NCBI GenBank assembly: GCA_964486815.1
Contig: CAZAOO010000011.1
Location: forward strand, 14,760-78,759
Direction of reading: 5' to 3'
DNA length: 64,000 nt
DNA from: an uncultured Thiotrichales bacterium
GTDB lineage: Bacteria; Pseudomonadota; Gammaproteobacteria; UBA4575
Shown piece after piece: positions 53,466-64,000 of this stretch. Position 1 is the first letter of the stretch, and every line of letters starts with the position of its first letter. Under the pieces are notes generated by a model that was not told the DNA's origin, ran no database searches, and saw only the letters and a program-made list of their open reading frames with translations. Made by a program: the position numbers and the translations under genes.

Positions 53466-54086
53466 TTAATTAAATAACGCCTTTACATCTACGTCATGAG
53501 TTTCAGCGTCTGCAAACTCAAGCAATTCAAATGGATTAAAAGCTAATGCTCTTGCTACTATTAAGTCAGGGAACTGCTCAATACGAACATTGTTGCGATT
53601 TACGCTTTCATTATAGAACTCTCGACGGTCTGCAATTGAATTTTCAATGCCTGAAATTCTCTCTTGTAAATGCAGAAAGGTCTCGTTAGCTTTTAGTTCT
53701 GGGTAATCTTCTGCTACTGCGAATAGATTGCCCATACCCATGCGCAACATTCCTTCTGCTGCACCCAATGCATTCATATCACCAGACTGTTGGGCATTAG
53801 AAACTCTGGAACGCGCTTCCATTACCTTGGTTAACGCTTCTTGTTCATAGCCCATGTATTGTTTACATACTTCGACAAGTTTTGGGATTTCATCGTGGCG
53901 TTGTTTAAGTAACACATCAATATTGGACCATGCCTTGCTCACTGCATGCTTGAGGTTTACCAGGTTGTTATAAATAACAATAAAGTAGCCTGCTAAAGCA
54001 ACTGCGATGGCTAAAAAGATTATGCTACCGATACCCATAAGAACACTCCCAAATATTGAGGCGGATGTATTGGCTTGTAAAACCAA
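53466..54086 (-). CDS. LemA family protein
   Basis: N-terminal transmembrane helix plus LemA core (NNLVNLKHAV...YNESVNRNNVRIEQFP). Confidence 0.8.
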   Translation of the reverse strand: MVLQANTSASIFGSVLMGIGSIIFLAIAVALAGYFIVIYNNLVNLKHAVSKAWSNIDVLLKQRHDEIPKLVEVCKQYMGYEQEALTKVMEARSRVSNAQQSGDMNALGAAEGMLRMGMGNLFAVAEDYPELKANETFLHLQERISGIENSIADRREFYNESVNRNNVRIEQFPDLIVARALAFNPFELLEFADAETHDVDVKALFN

Positions 54087-54217
54087 ACAGATAAAAAGCT
54101 ATAGCTTACATTAGCTTGTTTAAAAACTAGTATATCTACCAGTCAAACATAGGCTGGCACACGACCGAACGGCAAACGAATAATTCAGATTAGAATCATG
54201 CTAGTGAAGCATCATTT

Positions 54218-56656
<2,439 letters not shown>

Positions 56657-56762
56657 TTATAACAATAGTTCAGGTAAGCTGCGCGTGAATTTAAAGACTC
56701 GCTTTTCGTCTTGCTGTTTAAATGTTATCTACTGAAAAATAATAACTTTTAATTTTCTTACA

Positions 56763-57830
56763 TTAGTTCACACCCCCCTGTTTCACGTGGAACACTTTAC
56801 AGTCTTCCCAGCCTTGCAGATTTATCTGCTTCTTTTCAATCGCCGTTATAAATACCTGACAACCCAATGTCTGTAATGCATTCATCAAGGCATGCGCATG
56901 CTTTTCGTCAAGTTCCGCACGTATGTCATCTAATAGCACCACGCACTTGCAATTATTAAATTTCTGAATATGGTCAATCTGGGCTAATAGCAATGAGGCC
57001 ACTATTAATTTTTGTTGCCCTCGTGAGGCGGTTGCGGCTGCATCTTGCTGGTTTAAATATATTTTAAGATCTGCGCGATGAGGCCCGTAGCGAGTGGTTT
57101 TACTGAATAGCTCTTGCTCCCTGAAACTGTTCAATAATGTCTCAAGAGAGACTTCAGTTTGCCAACCACGGTGATATTCCAGGTTTAATTGGCATTCTGG
57201 TAGTAACATACTGCTATATGTAGAGAAAAATAGGCTAATTTCTTTAAAAATCTCCAATCTTGCTTTATTCAGGTGCTCGCCTAAAGCACTTAACTGAGCC
57301 GTCCATACTTTTAATTCATCAGCACTGCAACGATTACGCAATGCTGAATTACGTTGCCGTAGACATTTATTATAGTCACGCCAGATAACAAGAAAATCAT
57401 GTTTCACGTGAAACGCAGACCAATCAATGTAATTGCGTCGAAACTTACTGCTACCTTGAATTAATTGATGCGAGTCTGGGTGCATGGACAACACAGGCAA
57501 ATAACTTGCATGGTTTGATATCGAGGCAACCTTTTCTTGGTTACAGTGAAGAATAGTTTGCTTTGATGATTTTTGTACGCCGAGGTGTGTAAAACCTTCT
57601 TTTGAAGTTATTTTACCACTTACAATAAGCTCGTTCCTTTGATGCTGGATAAGGGACAAAGTACGGTGTTCACGAAAAGAGCGGCCTCGGCTAAGTACGT
57701 CAATAGCCTCTAAAATACTGGTTTTACCTGCACCATTCTCCCCCACAAACAAATTGGCATCTTTCGCAAAAGAAATATCTAAATGTTCAATGATCCTTAA
57801 ATTGTGAATCAGGAGGGTGTGCAGCGCCAA
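56763..57830 (-). CDS. recF: DNA replication and repair protein RecF
   Basis: Walker A GENGAGKTS; 355 aa; dnaN-recF-gyrB order. Confidence 0.9.
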   Translation of the reverse strand: MALHTLLIHNLRIIEHLDISFAKDANLFVGENGAGKTSILEAIDVLSRGRSFREHRTLSLIQHQRNELIVSGKITSKEGFTHLGVQKSSKQTILHCNQEKVASISNHASYLPVLSMHPDSHQLIQGSSKFRRNYIDWSAFHVKHDFLVIWRDYNKCLRQRNSALRNRCSADELKVWTAQLSALGEHLNKARLEIFKEISLFFSTYSSMLLPECQLNLEYHRGWQTEVSLETLLNSFREQELFSKTTRYGPHRADLKIYLNQQDAAATASRGQQKLIVASLLLAQIDHIQKFNNCKCVVLLDDIRAELDEKHAHALMNALQTLGCQVFITAIEKKQINLQGWEDCKVFHVKQGGVN

Positions 57831-57848
57831 AGCAAGTAGCTAAACGCA

Positions 57849-58949
57849 CTATAGGCGCATGGGCATTACTACGTAGCGGCTTGCCTGACTTGCGGGTGAA
57901 ACCATTAATGCACTGCTATTAGCATCTTGAATGATAATTTCTACCTTGTCAGATTCTAAGGCGTTTAGTACATCAAGAAGATATACAACATTGAATCCTA
58001 CCTCTAGCCGATCACCTTTATACTCGATTTCAATCTCATCTTCCGCTTCTTCATGTTCGGGGTTATGTGCTTGAATAACCATGATGTTATTATCCAAGAT
58101 TAAACGTATACCCTTATATTTTTCATTTGATAAGATAGATGCTCTGCTAAGCGCTTGTTTAAGAGTAACTTTGTCAATTATTGCACGGTTGTCACATTCT
58201 TCCGGCAAAACACGTTGATACTCAGGAAAACGGCCATCAATTAACTTAGATGTGAATTGTAAATTAGTTAAATTAACACGTAAGTGATTTTTGCCGATAG
58301 AAATTGTAATTTCATTATCTTCAGAGCTTAGTAGGCGTAACAATTCTTGCACACCCTTGCGAGGTAAAATAATTTGCCGAGAGCCATCAATATCAGATTT
58401 ATGCTCTAGTTGGGAAAGTGCAAGACGATGACCATCTGTTGCAACCGTACGAATTTGACTTGAATCTAGCTCTATCAATAACCCATTTAAATAATAACGT
58501 ACATCTTGTTGTGCCATTGCAAACGCAGATTTTTCAATTAAGGATTTAAATTCACCTTCTTTGATTACAACATTTTGATCCAGTTCTAAATCATCAATAG
58601 TTGGAAAATCTTCAGCAGGCAAGGTAGCCAATGAAAAACGACTACGGCCGGAGCTGACTTTAATTTTTTCGTTTGAAGAATTGATAGCTATTTTGGATTT
58701 ATCAGGAAGTGCACGACAAATATCAAGTAACTTCCTTGCGGGTATGGTTGTCGCTCCTTTATCTTCAATTTCCATATCAAGAGTAGCCACGAGTTCTACC
58801 TCAAGATCTGTTGCAGTTATAGAAAGTTTTTGATCGCCTCCTCTAAGTAAAAGATTGCTTAATGCAGGCATAGTTTGTCTACGCTCTACAGCACCAATAA
58901 TTTGCTGGAGAGGTTTTAGAAGGTCTTCACGTATTATAGATAACTGCAT
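57849..58949 (-). CDS. dnaN: DNA polymerase III beta sliding clamp
   Basis: 366 aa; follows dnaA. Confidence 0.95.
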   Translation of the reverse strand: MQLSIIREDLLKPLQQIIGAVERRQTMPALSNLLLRGGDQKLSITATDLEVELVATLDMEIEDKGATTIPARKLLDICRALPDKSKIAINSSNEKIKVSSGRSRFSLATLPAEDFPTIDDLELDQNVVIKEGEFKSLIEKSAFAMAQQDVRYYLNGLLIELDSSQIRTVATDGHRLALSQLEHKSDIDGSRQIILPRKGVQELLRLLSSEDNEITISIGKNHLRVNLTNLQFTSKLIDGRFPEYQRVLPEECDNRAIIDKVTLKQALSRASILSNEKYKGIRLILDNNIMVIQAHNPEHEEAEDEIEIEYKGDRLEVGFNVVYLLDVLNALESDKVEIIIQDANSSALMVSPASQASRYVVMPMRL

Positions 58950-58990
58950 ATTATATATATTTAGTTATAGTTATAGAGTAGCCACTTTTC

Positions 58991-58999
58991 TGTGGATAA
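58991..58999. promoter_or_regulatory. perfect DnaA box (TGTGGATAA) in the dnaA-dnaN spacer
   Basis: Exact 9-mer consensus seen in sequence. Confidence 0.5.
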
Positions 59000-59183
59000 T
59001 GTAAATTTATCTTTTTAATTCAATATCTTACTTGGATATTGCTTGGGTAAAAACAGTTTGGTATTGGCACTTTAACACTGGACACATCAGGCATAAGTCT
59101 TAGATTTAGTTTTCTGTGCAAATTATATCACCATTTATACACAGCTAATCAACATATCTAGCTGCTGCTGTTTAAATTTGCTT

Positions 59184-60536
59184 CTAACTACTAAGGCTTC
59201 TAAGTAAATTTATGTAGTCATCATTTATGCGAGTGTCGCCTTCACGCAAACTGATAACTTTTCTACAAGCATGTAAAACAGTGGTGTGGTCACGACCACC
59301 AAATGCATCGCCAATTTCTGGCAAGCTATGATTGGTTAATTCTTTCGCAAGTGACATAGCTATCTGTCTTGGCCGCGTTATAGAGCGGCTACGTCTGGCA
59401 GACAATAAATCTGAAACACGAATTTTAAAATACTCTGCTACTGTTTTTTGAATGTTATCGACGGTAACCAGTTTATCTTGCAAGGCTAACAGATCATGTA
59501 AGGCCTCCTTAGCAAAATCTAAGGTAATTGCTGAGCCTGTAAATTGGGCATTTGCGATCACTCTGCGTAGCGCACCCTCAAGTTCCCGTATGTTTGAACG
59601 TATCCGTTTACCAATAAAAAATGCAACATCACTGGGTAAATCTATATTTAGTTGCTCTGCCTTGCTCTGCATAATGGCAACGCGAGTTTCTAGTTCCGGT
59701 GGTTCAATTGCTTGGGTTAGGCCCCAGCCGAAACGAGATTTTAATCTTTCTTCTAGGCCTTCAACCTCTTTAGGGTAGCGATCACAAGTTAAAATTACCT
59801 GGCTCTGTATTTCCAACAAGGAATTAAAGGTATGGAAAAACTCTTCTTGAGAGCGCTCTTTGCCAGCGAAAAACTGGATATCGTCAATCAGCAAAGCGTC
59901 AACCGTACGATAAAAACGCTTAAATTCGCTGATGGCATTATGTTGTAAGGCCCTTACCATATCGGAGACAAAGCGTTCAGAGTGCAGGTACAGAATTTTT
60001 GTAGCCGGGTTCTGAACCAGCATCTGGTTGCCAATAGCATGTAAAAGATGTGTTTTACCTAAACCAACACCACCGTAAATTAATAACGGGTTATAAGCGG
60101 TTCCTGGGTGTCCCGAGACTTGTAAAGCTGCAGCCTTAGGCAGCTGATTAGATTTACCTTCTACAAAGGTGTCGAAAGTGAAATTAGGATTTAAGTTATG
60201 GTTGAAATTTTTTAATTTAGCCGAGGTTGCGTTTACAACTTGATTTTTTTCAGCTGTTTCAGAAAATGCCACAGTTTGGAGTGACGCACGTTCACTGCTA
60301 CCAATTTCTAATGACACTGGCCGGGTTGATGAGCTATTACTGATTCCTGCCAACTCATCAATCCGTGATAGGAAATGGTCGTGTACCCAATCCAGTACAA
60401 ATCGGTTTGGTGCAAGTAGCGTCAAGCCGCCATTTTCTTCAATGGCATGAAGAGGCCGTATCCAGGTATTGAGTTGTTGTTCGGTTAATTCAGATTCAAG
60501 TTTATGAATACATGATTTCCAGAGAATACTAGTCAC
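59184..60536 (-). CDS. dnaA: chromosomal replication initiator DnaA
   Basis: AAA+ domain [11 protein letters not shown] and a C-terminal DNA-binding domain. Confidence 0.95.
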   Translation of the reverse strand: MTSILWKSCIHKLESELTEQQLNTWIRPLHAIEENGGLTLLAPNRFVLDWVHDHFLSRIDELAGISNSSSTRPVSLEIGSSERASLQTVAFSETAEKNQVVNATSAKLKNFNHNLNPNFTFDTFVEGKSNQLPKAAALQVSGHPGTAYNPLLIYGGVGLGKTHLLHAIGNQMLVQNPATKILYLHSERFVSDMVRALQHNAISEFKRFYRTVDALLIDDIQFFAGKERSQEEFFHTFNSLLEIQSQVILTCDRYPKEVEGLEERLKSRFGWGLTQAIEPPELETRVAIMQSKAEQLNIDLPSDVAFFIGKRIRSNIRELEGALRRVIANAQFTGSAITLDFAKEALHDLLALQDKLVTVDNIQKTVAEYFKIRVSDLLSARRSRSITRPRQIAMSLAKELTNHSLPEIGDAFGGRDHTTVLHACRKVISLREGDTRINDDYINLLRSLSS

Positions 60537-60780
60537 GCATCTAACTCCAGTATGCTTATAATGGTTATATTTTTGTTGTGGGGGTAGATCAGTCTATCCA
60601 GTAATAGGATTGTTATCCACTGTTTAATGTCAGACAATAATCGTTGACAAATGTAAGTAGCGCGACTATTTTTGCGCACCTTATTAGGTAATTATCCTAA
60701 GCCTATAAAAGATAGAATAATTAATGTTAATAAATTATATTAATAAATATTAAGTTAAAAATTTTTAAAGTTGAAATAAT
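60537..60780. other. candidate replication origin (oriC) in the rpmH-dnaA intergenic region
   Basis: DnaA-box-like TTATCCACT at about 60613-60621, a GATC site, and a roughly 70 bp extremely AT-rich tract next to rpmH. The divergent dnaA/rpmH layout matches Pseudomonas-type oriC placement. Confidence 0.45.
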
Positions 60781-60924
60781 ATGAAGCGTACATATCAACC
60801 AAGTAATTTAAAGCGTGCACGAACACACGGATTTAGAGCAAGAATGAAAACTAAAGGTGGTCGTGCTGTAATTAATGCGCGTCGCGCACGAGGTCGCGCA
60901 CGTCTGTCTGTAGCACACACATAA
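60781..60924 (+). CDS. rpmH: 50S ribosomal protein L34
   Basis: [47 protein letters not shown], 47 aa. Below the ORF-track length cutoff and translated by hand. Confidence 0.9.
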   Translation: MKRTYQPSNLKRARTHGFRARMKTKGGRAVINARRARGRARLSVAHT

Positions 60925-60926
60925 AT

Positions 60927-61271
60927 TTGCTCATAGAAGATTTTTCGTTTACGCGTCGAGACCGACTGCTAAACGCAAGTCAATTTACAAGAGTCTTCGA
61001 TCAAGCGACTAAATCGAGCAGCGAATTTTTTACTGTGCTGTCTAGAGAAAATACCGAAGAGCAACCGCGTTTAGGCATAGTGGTAGCTAAGCGCAGAGCA
61101 AAACGTTCAGTTGATCGAAATATAATAAAAAGAATAATTAGAGAGAGCTTTCGTTTGCATAAAGCTTCATTGCCTGCAAACGACTTCATTGTAATTTTAA
61201 AGCGTCCGATAAAAATCATTAAGCGACCAAATCTTAGAATACAAATGGAAACGCTTTGGAAGCAATATTAA
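60927..61271 (+). CDS. rnpA: RNase P protein component
   Basis: Basic protein with the RNR motif region (VVAKRRAKRSVDRNIIKR); follows rpmH. Confidence 0.85.
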   Translation: MLIEDFSFTRRDRLLNASQFTRVFDQATKSSSEFFTVLSRENTEEQPRLGIVVAKRRAKRSVDRNIIKRIIRESFRLHKASLPANDFIVILKRPIKIIKRPNLRIQMETLWKQY

Positions 61272-61277
61272 ATAATC

Positions 61278-61517
61278 ATGCGAGCAGTAATCAGTAAATT
61301 TCTAATTATTTTGATTAAGGCTTATCGCCTTATACTCAGCCCTTGGTTGGGCCAACAATGTAGATTTCACCCAACTTGCTCGCAATTCGCATTACAAGCT
61401 ATTCAGCTACACGGCCCTTATCGTGGTGGTTGGCTTGCAATCAAGCGATTAGCATCATGCCACCCATGGCATGCAGGTGGAATCGACCCGGTGCCAGAAA
61501 ACCACGCGAATAAATAA
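61278..61517 (+). CDS. yidD: membrane protein insertion efficiency factor YidD
   Basis: YRLILSPWLGQQCRFHPTCSQFA. Confidence 0.85.
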   Translation: MRAVISKFLIILIKAYRLILSPWLGQQCRFHPTCSQFALQAIQLHGPYRGGWLAIKRLASCHPWHAGGIDPVPENHANK

Positions 61518-61520
61518 GTT

Positions 61521-63218
61521 ATGGAAAATCAAAGATTCTTTTTGTACATAGGGTTGGCTTTTTTGCTTTACATGATTTGGCTTACTTGGCAACAGGAAAA
61601 TGCGCCAGCGCCGGTAGCTCAACAAGATTCAATACAACAACAAACTGACGGCTCTCAAAATAACAATAATTATGAAAACTCGGATGATTTGCCCGATGCA
61701 TTAGATGCGCAACAGTCCGAGAATAACGTAGCGAATGTTGATAATGTTAATGTATCTGCCAAACAAAGTGGTAGTCAAAAAATACATGTGCGCACCGACG
61801 TATTAGACTTAATTATTGACACTCGTGGTGGTGACATCAAACAAGTCGAATTACCTACTTATCCCGTATCTTTAGAAAAGCAAGACGAGGCCTTTCGTTT
61901 AATGTTCAACGAACAACGAACGTATATTGCTCAATCAGGGTTACGTCATGACAAAATTAGGGGCCAAGCGCTAACGGGCGTCGCGCCAACACACCATGAA
62001 ATTTATCAAGCAGAGCGAAGTGAGTATCTGCTCGATGACGGTAAAGATGAACTGCAAGTAAAATTAGTGTGGCAAGGTGAAAACGGCATCGTAGTAGAAA
62101 AGATATTCACTTTTTACCGTGAGTCCTTTGTGTTTGATGTTAAACATCGTGTGGTAAATAACAGCAACACAGACTGGGTGGGTCGTCAGTACCAACAACT
62201 CAGACATAGCCCAGTCCCCGAGAACCGTAGCTGGTTGCGCCTACCAACGTATACCGGCACTGCATATTTTGATGGCGCTTATCATAAACACGCTTTTGAC
62301 GACATCGATGACAAGCCGATAAACATGCAGGTAGAGGGTGGATGGGTTGCGGTGCTACAACATTACTTTGTGTCTGCGTGGATTCCTGATCCTGAAGAAC
62401 AAAACCGTTTTTATAGTAAAACAGTCAATACCGCAGGCAACCAACAATTGTTAATAGGCATGCTGTCAAACGCCAAAACGGTTGCACCGAATAGCACAGC
62501 CGAATTTAATCGTAGATTATATACTGGGCCCAAGATTCAAAGTGAAATGAAGCAAATAGCAAACGGACTGGATCTAAGTGTTGATTACGGAATGTTTTCT
62601 ATTATTTCCAAGCCATTATTCTGGTTATTACAATGGTTTCACGATTTGGTTGGAAACTGGGGCTTGGCGATTATTTTAGTTACGGTTGTGGTAAAGCTTA
62701 TTTTTTATAAATTATCTGAAACGAGTTATAAGTCAATGGCTCGTATGCGCAAGCTACAACCCAGAGTAAAAGCATTGCAAGAACGCTATGCAGATGACAA
62801 ACAAAAATTGGGACAAGCCACCTGGGAGTTATACCGTAAAGAAAAAGTAAACCCGGCTAAAGGTTGTTTGCCAATTCTTATTCAAATGCCGGTGTTTTTG
62901 GCTTTGTATTGGGTGTTAATTGAAAGCGTTGAATTAAGACAGGCGCCGTTTATGCTTTGGATTCATGACCTTTCTTTACGCGATCCAATATTTGTATTGC
63001 CATTTTTAATGGGTATTAGCATGTATGTGCAATTTAAATTAAATCCTGCACCACCAGACCCTATGCAGGCGAAAATATTTGCCATGATGCCAATCATGAT
63101 GACGATCTTTATGGCATTTTTCCCAGCAGGCTTGGTACTGTATTGGCTAGTGAATAATATTCTTTCGATTATTCAACAATATGTAATTACAAAGCGCATA
63201 GAAAAAGAAGCGTTTTAA
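61521..63218 (+). CDS. yidC: membrane protein insertase YidC
   Basis: 565 aa with an N-terminal transmembrane helix, a large periplasmic domain and five C-terminal transmembrane helices. Confidence 0.95.
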   Translation: MENQRFFLYIGLAFLLYMIWLTWQQENAPAPVAQQDSIQQQTDGSQNNNNYENSDDLPDALDAQQSENNVANVDNVNVSAKQSGSQKIHVRTDVLDLIIDTRGGDIKQVELPTYPVSLEKQDEAFRLMFNEQRTYIAQSGLRHDKIRGQALTGVAPTHHEIYQAERSEYLLDDGKDELQVKLVWQGENGIVVEKIFTFYRESFVFDVKHRVVNNSNTDWVGRQYQQLRHSPVPENRSWLRLPTYTGTAYFDGAYHKHAFDDIDDKPINMQVEGGWVAVLQHYFVSAWIPDPEEQNRFYSKTVNTAGNQQLLIGMLSNAKTVAPNSTAEFNRRLYTGPKIQSEMKQIANGLDLSVDYGMFSIISKPLFWLLQWFHDLVGNWGLAIILVTVVVKLIFYKLSETSYKSMARMRKLQPRVKALQERYADDKQKLGQATWELYRKEKVNPAKGCLPILIQMPVFLALYWVLIESVELRQAPFMLWIHDLSLRDPIFVLPFLMGISMYVQFKLNPAPPDPMQAKIFAMMPIMMTIFMAFFPAGLVLYWLVNNILSIIQQYVITKRIEKEAF

Positions 63219-63261
63219 AAACATTACTGCTAAAACCCGTTAACTACTAGAAGGGCGAGCT

Positions 63262-64000
63262 TTGCCCAAATCTATTCCACAAACGATCGAACAAAAAGAA
63301 TCGATCTGCGCACTGGCTACGCCAGCCGGTAAAGGTGCTTTGGCAATCGTGCGCTTGTCTGGTAAAGAGGCGCATAAAATTGCAATACAAATTACACGTA
63401 AAGAATTAGCCCCGCGTGTTGCTAACTACACGAAGTTTTATGATCAAAGTGGCGCAGTAATTGACCAGGGACTTGCCATCTTTTTTCAAACACCAGCTTC
63501 CTTTACCGGCGAGGATATCATCGAATTTCATGGTCATGGTAATCCACTGGTAACAGAGCTGTTACTGAAGTCACTCTGTAACTTGGGGGCTCGTTTAGCG
63601 AACCCGGGCGAATTCAGTTTGCGAGCATTTTTAAACAATAAAATTGATTTAACTCAAGCTGAAGCGATAGCGGATTTAATTAATAGCACAACAGAACAAG
63701 CAGCACGCACGGCAACACGTTCTTTGCAAGGTGCATTTTCTGAACGTGTTCAAAGCGTTCTTGCACAGTTAATCCAGGTGCGCATGCATATTGAAGCGCA
63801 TTTGGATTTTCCTGATGAAGAAATAGATCGACAGCAGTCGGCACAGCTTAGTATGCAATTAACCTCATTAGATGACTTCTTAGACAAACTTCTTCAGCAG
63901 GCAAAACTGGGTGAGCGTTTACAAACAGGTGCAACTATCGCAATAGCAGGCAAACCCAACGCAGGTAAATCAAGTTTGTTGAATGTATTAGCACAAAGTG
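63262..64000 (+). CDS. mnmE: tRNA modification GTPase MnmE (5' partial; TTG start; continues past the window end)
   Basis: ICALATPAGKGALAIVRLSG N-domain, and the G1 motif GKPNAGKSSLLN at the window edge. Confidence 0.85.
   Translation, partial: MPKSIPQTIEQKESICALATPAGKGALAIVRLSGKEAHKIAIQITRKELAPRVANYTKFYDQSGAVIDQGLAIFFQTPASFTGEDIIEFHGHGNPLVTELLLKSLCNLGARLANPGEFSLRAFLNNKIDLTQAEAIADLINSTTEQAARTATRSLQGAFSERVQSVLAQLIQVRMHIEAHLDFPDEEIDRQQSAQLSMQLTSLDDFLDKLLQQAKLGERLQTGATIAIAGKPNAGKSSLLNVLAQS

Overview
The window is a chromosomal segment of an AT-rich gammaproteobacterium, densely packed with housekeeping genes, and it spans the replication origin. The gene orders partly match Pseudomonas-type synteny, as far as I recall it. 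The accessory content is candidate-level: a retron-like RT, a broken PEP-CTERM gene, a small inverted-repeat element, and a LemA/GIDE/SH3 membrane cluster.

**Origin region.** dnaA, dnaN, recF and gyrB are on the minus strand and rpmH, rnpA, yidD, yidC and mnmE on the plus strand. The AT-rich rpmH-dnaA intergenic spacer is the candidate oriC, and a perfect DnaA box sits between dnaA and dnaN.

**Housekeeping blocks.**
- pip-dtd-hisBHAFE-tatABC-gpmI on the minus strand.
- methyltransferase-trkH-trkA, followed by a tightly coupled fmt-DUF4390-ntrY-ntrX operon, and def.
- tsaP-like LysM lipoprotein-dprA-topA-tsaC-hemF-hemB-aroE-ubiA on the plus strand.
- comF, bioB-bioF, mscL, radC.
- coaBC-dut-algC-argB.
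- pyrE divergent from a crc-like gene, ampG, xthA.
- a LemA-GIDE-SH3 membrane cluster next to gyrB.

**Non-routine items.**
- A retron-type reverse transcriptase (48062-49069, minus strand) is broken by a single in-frame TGA. It is preceded by a roughly 430 bp repeat-rich non-coding region that is a candidate msr/msd RNA, and no recognisable effector gene is adjacent.
- A PEP-CTERM protein gene (about 34260-34792) is split by two frameshifts.
- A 215 bp element between the GIY-YIG nuclease gene and gpmI is bounded by 26 bp near-perfect inverted repeats.
- The 855 bp leader upstream of an outer-membrane porin carries three related dyad-symmetric sites.
- The first gene fuses an ExeA/MshM-type ATPase to a transmembrane segment and TPR repeats.
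- topA lacks zinc ribbons and ends in a lysine-rich tail encoded by tandem nucleotide repeats.
- ntrX has a degenerate GAFTGA motif, and rsmB is absent between fmt and the ntrYX pair.

No CRISPR arrays, rRNA genes or convincing tRNA genes were seen. Coordinates for features not taken from the ORF track are approximate to within about 2 bp, because my manual base counts disagreed with the track by 1 bp in one region.
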